Shown here piece by piece: positions 39,981-50,185 of a stretch of 64,000 nucleotides of DNA. Origin of the DNA: an uncultured Alistipes sp. (GTDB lineage: Bacteria; Bacteroidota; Bacteroidia; Bacteroidales; UBA932); the NCBI GenBank assembly GCA_900550465.1, contig URSC01000004.1, positions 76,507 to 140,506 of the forward strand, read 5' to 3'. Under the pieces are notes generated by a model, which saw only the letters and a list, made by a program, of their open reading frames with translations, did no database searches and was not told the DNA's origin. Both the position numbers and the translations under genes were made by a program. Position 1 is the first letter of the stretch, and the number at the start of each line of letters is the position of its first letter.

Positions 39981-41176
39981 TTGGTCCTTCCGGGATATAC
40001 CTTCAGGGCTTCCTTGAGGCAGATGAGGGCCTCGCGCAGATCCTCTATCTTGAGGACGTATGCGATGCGGACCTCGTCGCGTCCCTTGCCGGGAGTGGCG
40101 TAGAAGCCTGCCATAGGAGCCACCATCACGGTCTTGCCGTTGTAGGAGAATTCCTCGAGGAGCCACTGGGCGAACTTGTCGCTGTCATCCACGGGGAGGC
40201 GCACAGCTGCGTAGAAAGCGCCCATGGGAGTGGGGCAGAGGACTCCGGGGATGGTTCTGAGGGTCTCTACGAGGTAGTCTCTTCTCTTGATGTACTCTTC
40301 CTTCACGGCCTTGAAGTAGGACTCGGGAGCGTTGAGGGCGGCCTCGGCGGCTATCTGTCCGTATGCAGGGGAGCAGAGGCGGGCCTGTGAATAGCGCAGG
40401 ACGGCGTTCATCACTTCCTTGTTCTTGGAGACGATGGCTCCGATGCGCACGCCGCAGAGGGAGTATCTCTTGGATACTGAGTCGCAGAGGATGACGTTGT
40501 TCTCCAGTCCCTTGATGTGCATGCAGGAGTAGTGGGGCTCATCGGTGTAGCAGAATTCGCGGTACACCTCGTCGGAGTAGATGTAGAGGTTGTGCTTGCG
40601 GGCGATGTCGCCGAGCTTCTCTATCTCGTCCCTGGTGTAGAGGACTCCGGTGGGGTTGCAGGGGTTGCAGATGATGATACCCTTGGTCCTGGGGGTGATG
40701 TGGCGCTCGAACTCCTCGATGGAGGGGATGGCGAAGCCGTTGTCGATGGATGTGGTGATGGGCACGAACTTAACGTCGTTTACGATGGCGAAGGAGTTGT
40801 AGTTCGTGTAGAAAGGCTCGAGGACGATGACCTCGTCGTCGGGGTCGCAGGTGACGGTGAGGGCTATCTGCAGGGCCTCGGAACCTCCGGTGGTGACGTT
40901 GATGTCGGTGTAGTCCACGTCGATGCCGATGTTCTGGTAGTAGCGGGCCAGTCCCTTGCGGTAGGACTCGTTACCGGCCGAGTTGGGATAGGCTACGAGC
41001 TTGAGAGTGTTGTCCTTGACGGCCTTGAGGGCTACGTCGGGTGACTCGATGTCAGGCTGGCCGATGTTGAGATGGTAGACTGTTATGCCTCTTTTCTTGG
41101 CTGCGTCGGCATAGGGTACGAGCTTGCGTATGGGCGATGCCGGCAGGATCTGGGCTTTTTTGGAAAGGGTAAGCAT
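39977..41176 (-). CDS. Class I/II PLP-dependent aminotransferase (aspartate/aromatic type)
   Basis: SKRYSLCGVRIG contains the PLP lysine (SKxxxxxGxR motif). 399 aa. Confidence 0.75.
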   Translation of the reverse strand: MLTLSKKAQILPASPIRKLVPYADAAKKRGITVYHLNIGQPDIESPDVALKAVKDNTLKLVAYPNSAGNESYRKGLARYYQNIGIDVDYTDINVTTGGSEALQIALTVTCDPDDEVIVLEPFYTNYNSFAIVNDVKFVPITTSIDNGFAIPSIEEFERHITPRTKGIIICNPCNPTGVLYTRDEIEKLGDIARKHNLYIYSDEVYREFCYTDEPHYSCMHIKGLENNVILCDSVSKRYSLCGVRIGAIVSKNKEVMNAVLRYSQARLCSPAYGQIAAEAALNAPESYFKAVKEEYIKRRDYLVETLRTIPGVLCPTPMGAFYAAVRLPVDDSDKFAQWLLEEFSYNGKTVMVAPMAGFYATPGKGRDEVRIAYVLKIEDLREALICLKEALKVYPGRTN

Positions 41177-41298
41177 GGTTTTTTATAATAAATGTTAAAA
41201 ATTGTTGTCTGTGGCAACAAAGTTATGAACTTTTCCGCAAATTCTTCTTAAATTTGTAGTCTGTAAACGAAATATTGTTAATCCTGCGAAAAGAGATT

Positions 41299-42477
41299 AT
41301 GAACAACACTGAAAGCAGATACATGCTCAGAGGAGTCTCCTCAGCCAAAGAAGATGTACACAATGCCATCAAGAACATAGATAAAGGCCTTTACCCCAAG
41401 GCTTTCTGCAAGATAATCCCGGACATTTTCACCGGTGATCCCGACTGGTGTCTGGTCATGCACGCCGACGGCGCCGGCACCAAATCATCCCTCGCCTACA
41501 CTTACTGGAGGGAGACCGGAGACATGAGCGTGTGGAAGGGCATAGCCCGCGACGCCATGGTCATGAACACAGACGACCTGCTCTGCGTGGGCATTACCAG
41601 CGGCATGCTGGTGTCCTCCACCATCGGCCGCAACAAGAACCTCATCCCCGGAGAGGTCATCTCGGCCATCATCTCCGGTACCGATGAGTTCATCAAGGCC
41701 ATGGACCGCTACGGTATCAGGATGACCCTCACCGGCGGAGAGACCGCCGACGTGGGAGACCTGGTGCGTACGGTCATCGTGGACAGCACGGTGTGCGCCA
41801 GGGTCCGCCGCTCCGAGATTATCGACAACTCCAGGATAGCCGACGGCGACGTCATCGTGGGCCTGGCCTCCTTCGGACAGGCTGAGTACGAGGACGAGTA
41901 CAACGGCGGTACCGGCAGCAACGGCCTGACCTCCGCCCGTCACGACCTCTTCGCCCACTATCTGGCCGACAAATATCCCGAGAGCTACGACCACGCCATG
42001 CCTGCGTCCCTGGTCTACTCCGGCAGCCGTCTGCTGACAGAGAAGGAGCCCGAGACCGGCCTGACCTACGGCAAGCTCCTGCTGTCTCCGACCAGGACCT
42101 ACGCCCCTGTGATGAAGAAGATATTCGAAGGATACAAGGACAGAATCCACGGCATGGTGCACTGCTCCGGCGGAGCCCAGACCAAGGTCCTGCATTTCAT
42201 CGACAGCCTGCGCGTGGTCAAGGACAGCCTCTTCCCCGTACCGCCCCTCTTCAAGGCCATCCAGATAGAGTCCGGTACAGACTGGCAGGAGATGTACCGC
42301 GTCTTTAACATGGGACACCGCATGGAGATATACACCGACCGTGAGTCCGCTGCGGCCATGATCGACATATCCCGCTCTCTGGGAGTGGATGCCCGCATCG
42401 TGGGTCATGTGGAGACAGCACCCGAGGCAGAGGTGGTGATCTCCGGCGACAACGGAACATTTGTCTACAACAAGTAG
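41299..42477 (+). CDS. purM: Phosphoribosylformylglycinamidine cyclo-ligase (AIR synthase)
   Basis: HADGAGTK ... NDLLCVG motifs of the PurM family. The start could be 41275. Confidence 0.75.
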   Translation: MNNTESRYMLRGVSSAKEDVHNAIKNIDKGLYPKAFCKIIPDIFTGDPDWCLVMHADGAGTKSSLAYTYWRETGDMSVWKGIARDAMVMNTDDLLCVGITSGMLVSSTIGRNKNLIPGEVISAIISGTDEFIKAMDRYGIRMTLTGGETADVGDLVRTVIVDSTVCARVRRSEIIDNSRIADGDVIVGLASFGQAEYEDEYNGGTGSNGLTSARHDLFAHYLADKYPESYDHAMPASLVYSGSRLLTEKEPETGLTYGKLLLSPTRTYAPVMKKIFEGYKDRIHGMVHCSGGAQTKVLHFIDSLRVVKDSLFPVPPLFKAIQIESGTDWQEMYRVFNMGHRMEIYTDRESAAAMIDISRSLGVDARIVGHVETAPEAEVVISGDNGTFVYNK

Positions 42478-42480
42478 CGC

Positions 42481-43968
42481 ATGCACCCCCGGCGAATCAA
42501 ATATCAGGCTGCAGTCCTGGCTGCAGCCGCCGTTCTGCTGTCAGTTTCCTGCGGAGACCGGAACAGGGCCGGCGGACTGTTGCCTATAGCCCAGAAGGCA
42601 CTGGCAGACAGTTCCTCCATCTATCACGGGGATTTCTCGGAGTATCCTCAGGAACTCTCTGACCTGCCGGTAGGCATATTCGACTGCTCCCCGGACGGGT
42701 TTACTGTAGCTGAAAGATTTCTCACGGTAGACAACTTCGACAACATCACCGGACGTCCCGGTTCCGACGGCATAGCCGATTTCGGCGGAGAGCATCTGCA
42801 GATACTCTTTGACAGGGCCAACAGCCCTTACGGAGGATTCATAGATACGGGCAATCCGGCATTCCTGAAGGAACAGCTGATACGCAATACCCTTTTCCTG
42901 ATGGGGGACCGCTACTATAACCTGGCCGTGGACGAGTACCAGTCAGGCTACAAGGATCCTGTCAAGATCGTCATAGTCACCTCTCCCGTGGCGGACTACT
43001 ATGCGCTTTCCGACATGCAGGCACTTCTGGGCCGCAGCGGTACCGGAGTAAAGGCGGTGGGTGTTATCGAGTCCAGTATCAAGGAGGCCCTCAAGGGCGT
43101 GGACGAGGAGGGGAATTTCTGCGTCGGCGTGCTCTACTCCCCGGAAGGAGTGACATCCCGCGAGTACGAGACGGCCATACGCAGGATGGCTTCGGAGAGC
43201 GGTGTGACCGGACGTATCCAGGTCTTCAACCAGGAGGGGCTGGGCATAGAGGAGGCTCTTGCCGGCAATCCGGCCTATGTGGACACCTCCGCCAGGGTAT
43301 CGCGCTCCGGCTATGCCGGACCTGTAACAGGCATCAGTTACAATAACATAGACGCATCCCTCTTCGACCGTTACGGCTTCGATACCAGGGGCAATGCCCT
43401 TCTCTTCCCGGCCGGAGGCAGGAACATATCCGGCGTCCAGCTCAATTCGGTGGAGAACTATGTCCGCTATCATCTGGTCTCCATGGTGGAGCGCCATCGC
43501 CGCAGCGGCAGCAGGATACCTATCTCCTCCATTATACTTGCGGACTGCGGCTATGACCGGCTCCGGGGTTTCATGGACCAGGTAATGGTGGAGCTCTACA
43601 ATTACAGAAGGGGCGGAATCTACCTCTACCGCGGCAGCATTTCCCCCGACTTCCGCTTCATAGACCCCGCGGAGTGCGCGGTGAACGAGGCTTACCGTAT
43701 CCTCCGGGAGGACGGCAACCTGGCGCTGCGCGGGACGAAGTCCACACTCTCTCCCTTCATCACCCTGCCTTCCTCCTCGGTGCCGGCCGACTCGCTGGAT
43801 GCCTCCGGATTTTTCCGGGAGAGTTTCCTCTATGGCCGCGTAAGCGGGACTGAGGACATCACGACCAAGGCGGTGCCCTTCGCTCCCCGTTATATCGATG
43901 CGGCGGAACTCCGTGAGATAGAATATAACCACGAGACATTCACATTGATCAGAAACGCACTATACTAG
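42481..43968 (+). CDS. Hypothetical lipoprotein
   Basis: Signal peptide plus LSVSCGD lipobox. 495 aa with no known motif. Confidence 0.5.
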   Translation: MHPRRIKYQAAVLAAAAVLLSVSCGDRNRAGGLLPIAQKALADSSSIYHGDFSEYPQELSDLPVGIFDCSPDGFTVAERFLTVDNFDNITGRPGSDGIADFGGEHLQILFDRANSPYGGFIDTGNPAFLKEQLIRNTLFLMGDRYYNLAVDEYQSGYKDPVKIVIVTSPVADYYALSDMQALLGRSGTGVKAVGVIESSIKEALKGVDEEGNFCVGVLYSPEGVTSREYETAIRRMASESGVTGRIQVFNQEGLGIEEALAGNPAYVDTSARVSRSGYAGPVTGISYNNIDASLFDRYGFDTRGNALLFPAGGRNISGVQLNSVENYVRYHLVSMVERHRRSGSRIPISSIILADCGYDRLRGFMDQVMVELYNYRRGGIYLYRGSISPDFRFIDPAECAVNEAYRILREDGNLALRGTKSTLSPFITLPSSSVPADSLDASGFFRESFLYGRVSGTEDITTKAVPFAPRYIDAAELREIEYNHETFTLIRNALY

Positions 43969-43971
43969 AAT

Positions 43972-44556
43972 ATGCAATATCCGGAAAGTATATCTACAGA
44001 AGAACTTACACAGCTGGACCATATAGACTTCAACGGCCCTATCGTCGTCGTCTCGGACGTGGACGAGGACTTTGCCGAGGCCATAGACTATCTCAGAAGC
44101 CAGACCGTAATAGGCTTTGACACTGAGACCAAGCCCAGTTTCTCCTCCGGCTCGCCCCGCCATCACGTGGCGCTGCTGCAGCTTTCGGGAGGAGAGAAAG
44201 CCTATATCTTCCGCCTCAATATGCTCGGGCTTCCGGCCCCTCTGGCCTCTCTGCTCTCGGACGGCAACATCCTGAAAATAGGGGCGGCGGTAAAGGATGA
44301 TGTGCGCGGGCTGATGTACTACCGCAAGTTCACTCCCCGCGGGTTCGTCGACCTGCAGGTCATGGTGGGAGAATATGGCATCACCGACAAGAGTGTCCGG
44401 AAGATGTCCGCCATCATCCTGGGCAAGAAGGTGTCCAAGACTCAGCAGCTTTCCAACTGGGAGGCTCCGCAGCTCTCGGGCGCCCAGCTCAAGTATGCGG
44501 CCATAGACGCATGGGTCTGCCGCGAGATGTATCTCAAACTCAAATCGGAAAATTGA
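43972..44556 (+). CDS. 3'-5' exonuclease domain protein (RNase D/DnaQ-like)
   Basis: IGFDTETKPSF (DxE) and YAAIDAW (YxxxD) exonuclease motifs. Confidence 0.75.
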   Translation: MQYPESISTEELTQLDHIDFNGPIVVVSDVDEDFAEAIDYLRSQTVIGFDTETKPSFSSGSPRHHVALLQLSGGEKAYIFRLNMLGLPAPLASLLSDGNILKIGAAVKDDVRGLMYYRKFTPRGFVDLQVMVGEYGITDKSVRKMSAIILGKKVSKTQQLSNWEAPQLSGAQLKYAAIDAWVCREMYLKLKSEN

Positions 44557-44557
44557 T

Positions 44558-45766
44558 ATGGGCAGGGTAGTGCTCCGGAAAGGCCGGGAGGATTCCCTGC
44601 GCCGTTTTCACCCCTGGATATTTTCAGGTGCTGTAGCCTCTGTGGAGGGAGATCCGCGAGAGGGAGAGGCCGTAGAGGTAGTGGCCCATGACGGCGGTTT
44701 CCTGGCCGTGGGACACTGGCAGAAAGGCTCCATCGCCGTGCGTGTCCTGAGTTTTACGGATGAGTTCATGCCTGACGGGGACGGAAAGATGCCCAGCGGG
44801 TTCTGGATTCAGAGACTTTCCCGTGCCCTGGCTCTGCGCCGCAGGCTCGCACTTCCGCAGACTACCTGCTGCCGTCTCGTCCACGGAGAGGGCGACTCGC
44901 TCCCCGGGCTGATTGTCGATGTCTATGGAGAGGTGGCTGTTATGCAGGCTCATTCGGCCGGAATGTATCTGTCGGCAGAAGACATAGCCTCCGCTCTTGT
45001 GGAATGCGGTGGGGGGACTGTTCGGGCAGTGTACAATAAAAGCGAGGGCACGGCTCCTCACCGTGCCGATCTTCTCCTGCAGGACGGATATCTCACGGCA
45101 CCGTACGGGACGGACGAGACTGAGGTCCTGGAGAACGGACACCGCTTCCATGTCAACTGGGCAGCCGGTCAGAAAACCGGCTTCTTCCTGGACCAGAGGG
45201 ACAACAGGGCTCTGGTAGGGGATTTCGCCGCGGGCCGGCGGGTGCTCAATCTGTTCTGCTATACCGGCGGGTTCTCGGTCTACGCTCTCAACCGCGGAGC
45301 TGCGTCCGTGGTCTCCGTCGACTCCTCTGCGGTGGCTGTGGAGATGCTCCGCCGCAATGTCGAGCTGAATATAGGTGCGGAGGACGCGGCTGTCCGGCAT
45401 CGTGCCGAGTGTGTCGACGCCCTGGATTATCTCAGGGACGTCCGCTCCGGAGAGTTTGACCTCATGGTGGTCGATCCTCCGGCCTTTGCCAAGCACCGGG
45501 ATGCCCTGGACAATGCCCTCAGAGCCTACCGCCGCCTCAATGCCGCCGCCATCTCCAAGGTGGCTCCGGGCGGGCTCGTATTCACCTACAGCTGCTCTCA
45601 GGCGGTGGACCGGAAGACATTCGAGCTGTCCGTGTTCTCGGCTGCGGCCCAGACCGGGCGCGGAGTGCGCATACTCCGCAGGCTCACCCAGCCGGCGGAC
45701 CATCCGGTGAACATCTACCATCCAGAGGGCGACTATCTCAAGGGACTCTTGCTTTATGTAGAATAA
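44558..45766 (+). CDS. rlmI: 23S rRNA (cytosine-C5) methyltransferase RlmI-like class I SAM MTase
   Basis: PUA-like N-terminus (HPWIFSGA), a Rossmann-fold MTase (VLNLFCYTGGFSV) and DPPAF. Confidence 0.8.
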   Translation: MGRVVLRKGREDSLRRFHPWIFSGAVASVEGDPREGEAVEVVAHDGGFLAVGHWQKGSIAVRVLSFTDEFMPDGDGKMPSGFWIQRLSRALALRRRLALPQTTCCRLVHGEGDSLPGLIVDVYGEVAVMQAHSAGMYLSAEDIASALVECGGGTVRAVYNKSEGTAPHRADLLLQDGYLTAPYGTDETEVLENGHRFHVNWAAGQKTGFFLDQRDNRALVGDFAAGRRVLNLFCYTGGFSVYALNRGAASVVSVDSSAVAVEMLRRNVELNIGAEDAAVRHRAECVDALDYLRDVRSGEFDLMVVDPPAFAKHRDALDNALRAYRRLNAAAISKVAPGGLVFTYSCSQAVDRKTFELSVFSAAAQTGRGVRILRRLTQPADHPVNIYHPEGDYLKGLLLYVE

Positions 45767-45780
45767 ACACACTCTGACAC

Positions 45781-46299
45781 ATGCACGAAATCAGAATCAA
45801 TACATCCGGAGACAAGGCCGGACTCTATCGGGAACTCCTGCCGCAGATACGCTCTCTCATCGAGGGAGAGCCGGACATGACCGCCGATCTGGCCAATGTG
45901 GCCGCGGCTCTTAAGGAGGCTTTCGGGTTCTTCTGGGTAGGGTTCTATCTGGTAAAGGATGCCGTCGGGACGGATGGCGGGAAGGAACTGGTGCTGGGGC
46001 CGTTCCAGGGACCGGTGGCCTGCACCCGGATAGGATATGGCCGTGGAGTATGCGGCTCGGCGTGGAAGTCCGGGAAGAGTATCGTGGTGGAGGATGTGGA
46101 GAAATTCCCCGGGCACATAGCCTGCAGTTCGCTTTCCAGGTCGGAGGTGGTGGTGCCGCTGATAGTCCGGGGACGGGATGTCGTCGGAGTTCTGGATATT
46201 GACAGTGACGAGGTGGGGACGTTCGATGAGGTGGACAGGCATTTTTTGGAGGAACTTTGCGGGATAATATGCAGTATAATTTGGGAATGTGAGAAATAG
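45781..46299 (+). CDS. GAF domain protein (free methionine-R-sulfoxide reductase-like)
   Basis: About 170-aa GAF fold. Conserved Cys residues spaced as in fRMsr (ACTRIGYGRGVCG, IACSS). Confidence 0.6.
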   Translation: MHEIRINTSGDKAGLYRELLPQIRSLIEGEPDMTADLANVAAALKEAFGFFWVGFYLVKDAVGTDGGKELVLGPFQGPVACTRIGYGRGVCGSAWKSGKSIVVEDVEKFPGHIACSSLSRSEVVVPLIVRGRDVVGVLDIDSDEVGTFDEVDRHFLEELCGIICSIIWECEK

Positions 46300-46328
46300 T
46301 TCATATATTTGCACCCCAATTCGGTAAT

Positions 46329-46399
46329 GGTACCATGGCCGAGTGGTTAGGCAACGGTCTGCAAAACCGTGTACAGCAGTTCGATTCTGCTTGGTACCT
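46329..46399 (+). tRNA. tRNA-Cys (GCA)
   Basis: 7-bp acceptor stem GGTACCA/TGGTACC, anticodon arm ACGGT-CTGCAAA-ACCGT with anticodon GCA, and T-loop GTTCGATTC. Confidence 0.85.
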
Positions 46400-46402
46400 C
46401 AA

Positions 46403-46430
46403 AAGAAAAAGCCCCTTCGCGGGGCTTTTT
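46403..46430 (+). terminator. Rho-independent terminator after tRNA-Cys
   Basis: AAAAAGCCCCttcgCGGGGCTTTTTC. Confidence 0.8.
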
Positions 46431-46599
46431 CTTTTGAGGTACCAAGCAGAAGGAGCGGTCAGAGACCGCTCCTTCTCTTTATCTACCCCTCCAGACCTCC
46501 CCGTGGGGGAGGCTTGGTCGCTTCGCTCCGAAAGGGGGTGGGCTTGTTGCGGCATCGTGCAGATCGGACGGGTGCCGTTTTTTTGTATATTTGTGTGCG

Positions 46600-48075
46600 A
46601 TGTTGAAGTTATTGTTTTGCTTAATCGGTTTTGGGATTATGACTAAGGTTCATTCTCCGGCGGTGGCCGGACAGTTTTATCCGTCTGATGCGGATACGTT
46701 GAAGGCTGTCGTGGACGGCTTTCTGGACAGTGCTTCCGCCCGGCCTCAGGGACGGGTACAGGCGGTGATTGTGCCCCATGCGGGGTATGTGTTCTCAGGT
46801 GCAGTGGCCGCGGAGGCTTATGCTTCCATTGCTCCTATGGAGAGGTATGAGCGTGTCTTCCTCATCGGCCCCAGTCACCGGGAGGCCTTCCGGGGCGCTT
46901 CCGTGGATGTGGAGTGCGACTGGTATGAGACTCCTCTGGGACGGTTGAGGGTGGATACGGAGGCGGGCTTCGAGCTCATCGGGGCGGATTCCATTTTCCG
47001 GGACTTCCACAATGCGCATGTGCGGGAGCATTGCCTGGAGGTGCAGCTGCCCTTCCTGCAGGAGAGACTGCGGGAGGTTCCTCCCATTGTACCTATAATA
47101 ATAGGCTCGGTCGACGGCGGGGGGCTGCGGAGGATTGCCCGGGTGCTCGGACCTTATATGAATGAGGACAACCTATTTGTGATCAGCAGCGATTTTTCCC
47201 ATTATCCTTCTTACGAGGATGCCTGCAGGGTGGACGGGGCTACGGGCGAGGCCATTGCTTCCGGGTCGGTGGACCGCTTCCTGGATGTTCTGCTGGACAA
47301 TGCCCGCGCGAAGGTGCCGAATCTGGCGACAAGTGCCTGCGGTCAGCTGCCCATTGCGGCTCTGCTGATGATAATGGAGGGACGGGAAGAACTGGAAATC
47401 AGGCATCTGAATTACCGCAACTCCGGTGATGCGGCGGTCTACGGGGACAAGAGCGAGGTGGTGGGGTATCACGCGTTTTCAGTGGTGTATAAGGAAGGTG
47501 CGGAAAAGAATACCGGGGCCTCGGGGGGATTCTCCCTGACTGCCGAGGAACGGGAGGTGCTGCTGGAGACGGCCCGGCGGAGTATTGAGACGGCTTTTGA
47601 CGGCAAGTACTGGCTGCCGTCCGACACTCAGCTGACGCAGACGCTCAAGGCGGAGTGCGGGGCGTTCGTTACCCTGCATCTGCATGGGCGGCTACGCGGA
47701 TGTATCGGCAATATAGTGGGAGTCAGGCCGTTGTATAAGACTGTTGCGGAGATGGCCAGGGCAGCGGCATTTGAGGATGACAGGTTCCGGCCGCTGACCA
47801 GGGAGGAACTGGAACAGGTGCATATCGAGATATCGGTACTGTCTCCGTTGAGGCAGATATCCTCGCCGGACGAGCTGGTGCTTGGACGGGACGGGGTGCT
47901 GATGGTCAAGGACGGCCGCAGCGGGACCTTCCTGCCGCAGGTGGCGGACGAGACCGGCTGGACCAGGGAGGAGTTCTTGGGACACTGTGCCCGGGACAAG
48001 GCCGGAATCGGCTGGAACGGGTGGAAGGATGCGGACCTGTACGTTTATCAGGCGGAGGTGTTCGATGAGCGGTGA
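46600..48075 (+). CDS. AmmeMemoRadiSam system fusion protein: MEMO1-like (AmmeMemoRadiSam system protein B) + AMMECR1 domain
   Basis: The N-terminal half has the MEMO1-like VPHAGYVFSG motif. The C-terminal half has AMMECR1 GAFVTLHLHGRLRGCIGN. 494 aa in one frame. Confidence 0.75.
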   Translation: MLKLLFCLIGFGIMTKVHSPAVAGQFYPSDADTLKAVVDGFLDSASARPQGRVQAVIVPHAGYVFSGAVAAEAYASIAPMERYERVFLIGPSHREAFRGASVDVECDWYETPLGRLRVDTEAGFELIGADSIFRDFHNAHVREHCLEVQLPFLQERLREVPPIVPIIIGSVDGGGLRRIARVLGPYMNEDNLFVISSDFSHYPSYEDACRVDGATGEAIASGSVDRFLDVLLDNARAKVPNLATSACGQLPIAALLMIMEGREELEIRHLNYRNSGDAAVYGDKSEVVGYHAFSVVYKEGAEKNTGASGGFSLTAEEREVLLETARRSIETAFDGKYWLPSDTQLTQTLKAECGAFVTLHLHGRLRGCIGNIVGVRPLYKTVAEMARAAAFEDDRFRPLTREELEQVHIEISVLSPLRQISSPDELVLGRDGVLMVKDGRSGTFLPQVADETGWTREEFLGHCARDKAGIGWNGWKDADLYVYQAEVFDER

Positions 48076-48952
48076 CATTCAGCGAGGTGTGGAGGCCCGG
48101 TACTGTGAAGCCGGGGCGGACGGGAGCGTGACATGTACGCTCTGCCCGCACCGCTGCCGTCTGACCGAGGGACGCCGGGGGCTCTGCCGCAGCCGGGAGG
48201 TCCGGGACGGGAGGCTCGTGTCACTGGCCTACGGACGGGTCTGCGCCCTGCATGTGGACCCCGTCGAGAAGAAGCCGCTGCTGCATTTTCATCCGGGGGA
48301 GATGTGCCTGTCGCTCGCTGCCGCAGGCTGCAACCTTTCCTGCCGCAACTGCCAGAACTGGAGCATTTCCCAGGTGCGCCCCGAGGAGGTGGAGAGCAGT
48401 TTCATTGTTCCCGGGATGCTGCCGGAACTGGCCCGGAGGACCTCCTGCCGGATAGTCGCCTATACCTATACCGAGCCGCTGACCTGGATGGAGTACACCG
48501 TGGACTGTGCCCGGACGTGCCGGGAGGCGGGGCTGTTGAATATTTTGGTTTCGGCCGGATATGTCAATGAGGGGCCGTTAGATGACCTGCTGCCGTATCT
48601 CGACGCGGCGAATATCGATCTGAAGTCATTTTCCGAGGATATCTACCGGAGGGTGAGCCGGGCCTCGCTGGCTCCGGTGCTGAGGACCCTGGAGAAGATG
48701 CGGGATGCGGGGGTGTGGCTCGAGATTACCAATCTGCTGATTCCGGGGATCAACGATGATCCGGGGATGCTGCGGGAGATGTGTCGCTGGTTAGCGGACA
48801 ACGGGTTTGCCGGGGCGCCGCTGCATTTTTCGAGGTTCTTTCCGCAGTACAGGATGCGGGAGGTGCCGCCTACGCCGATAGGAACTCTGCGGATGGCGGA
48901 GGAGATTGCACGGGAGTGCGGGATCCGTTATGTGCATCTGGGCAATGTCTGA
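48065..48952 (+). CDS. AmmeMemoRadiSam system radical SAM enzyme
   Basis: CTLCPHRC and CNLSCRNCQNW clusters. Start taken at MSGDIQ, overlapping the upstream stop. Confidence 0.75.
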   Translation: MSGDIQRGVEARYCEAGADGSVTCTLCPHRCRLTEGRRGLCRSREVRDGRLVSLAYGRVCALHVDPVEKKPLLHFHPGEMCLSLAAAGCNLSCRNCQNWSISQVRPEEVESSFIVPGMLPELARRTSCRIVAYTYTEPLTWMEYTVDCARTCREAGLLNILVSAGYVNEGPLDDLLPYLDAANIDLKSFSEDIYRRVSRASLAPVLRTLEKMRDAGVWLEITNLLIPGINDDPGMLREMCRWLADNGFAGAPLHFSRFFPQYRMREVPPTPIGTLRMAEEIARECGIRYVHLGNV

Positions 48953-50127
48953 TTTTTGCAGAAGACCGTACTGAGGGCTGTTGCGGAGAATATGACTCCG
49001 GTGATGCAGACGCCGGTCCAGCCTGCGAGCCGCCAGCCGATGCCCGAGAGCAGGGTCGCGAGACTGCCGCCGAGGAAGAGGGAGGTCATGAAGATGGTGT
49101 TGGCCCGGTTCGAGGCGTCGGGAACGGCCTGCAGGCAGCCGCTCTGGTTGCTCAGCTGCATGAACTGGGCGCCGAGCTCGAGGAGGATGATGGCGGCGAT
49201 GATGCCGGTGTATGTGTGGCCGAGGGTAGCTGCTGCTGTCCAGGCCGCGAGCTGGAGGATGGCTCCGATGGCGGTCATCCGTCTGATTCCGAGGCGCGGG
49301 ACATATCTGCCAATACCGCTGGCTGCTATGGCGCCGACCACTCCGCAGAGTCCGAGCAGGCCTACGGTGCGGCTGCCGGCATGGAACGGCTCTCCGGCAA
49401 GGTGGAAGGCCATGCAGGACCAGATGCTCATCATGCTGCCGAAGGTGCAGGCGCCGCGGAAGGCGTACAGACGCATGCGGGGATGGGTCGCGAATATTTT
49501 CCAGACACTTTTGATCAGGCTTCCGTATGTGCCGCTGAAAGTACCCGGCATACGTGGCAGCATCCTCAGGGTGAGGACCAGGCAGAGCAGCATCAGGACG
49601 GCTGCCACTATGAACATCGTGCGCCATCCGACCCATTGGCCTACATAGCCGCTGATGACCCGGGCGCCGAGGATGCCGGTGAGCAGGCCCGAGAGGACGT
49701 AGCCCATGTTGCGGGACTTGTGTTCCGGCTCCGAGAACTGGCCGGCTATCGGGATGAATATCTGGGGGATGACCGAGCAAACTCCGAGACCGAGCGAGGC
49801 CGCCAGGACGGTCCAGATGCTGTGCGAGACGGCTATGGCTGCCGACATGAGGGCTGCTATGCTCATGATGGTCAGCACTATCCTGCGCCTTGACCACATA
49901 TCGGCCATGGGGACGATGAGCAGGAGCCCGAGGGCGTAACCGGCCTGGGTGACCACTGTGATGAGGTTGGCGAGGGTGCCGCTGCAGGCCAGGTCGGTGC
50001 GGATGTCCTCTAGCAGCGGCTGGTTGTAGTAGAGATTGGCCACGGTCAGGCCCGCCACTGCCGACATCATCAGCAGGGTGGGGGCGGGGATGCCCTGGTC
50101 GGGTCTGAGGGTTGAGAGTCTGACCAT
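48928..50127 (-). CDS. MFS transporter
   Basis: 12-TM protein with an MFS motif region (MADMWSRRR). 399 aa. Confidence 0.75.
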   Translation of the reverse strand: MVRLSTLRPDQGIPAPTLLMMSAVAGLTVANLYYNQPLLEDIRTDLACSGTLANLITVVTQAGYALGLLLIVPMADMWSRRRIVLTIMSIAALMSAAIAVSHSIWTVLAASLGLGVCSVIPQIFIPIAGQFSEPEHKSRNMGYVLSGLLTGILGARVISGYVGQWVGWRTMFIVAAVLMLLCLVLTLRMLPRMPGTFSGTYGSLIKSVWKIFATHPRMRLYAFRGACTFGSMMSIWSCMAFHLAGEPFHAGSRTVGLLGLCGVVGAIAASGIGRYVPRLGIRRMTAIGAILQLAAWTAAATLGHTYTGIIAAIILLELGAQFMQLSNQSGCLQAVPDASNRANTIFMTSLFLGGSLATLLSGIGWRLAGWTGVCITGVIFSATALSTVFCKNQTLPRCT

Positions 50128-50185
50128 CCGGAGTACTGTTTGGTTCGTCCTTCAAATTTACGAAAATTTACTAAATTCGCGCTGT

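Noticed and set aside
48781-50155. 370-aa plus-strand ORF and 454-aa minus-strand ORF overlapping the MFS transporter
   Set aside because: Alternative frames of a GC-rich membrane-protein gene. Only the 48928-50127 frame gives 12 TM helices.
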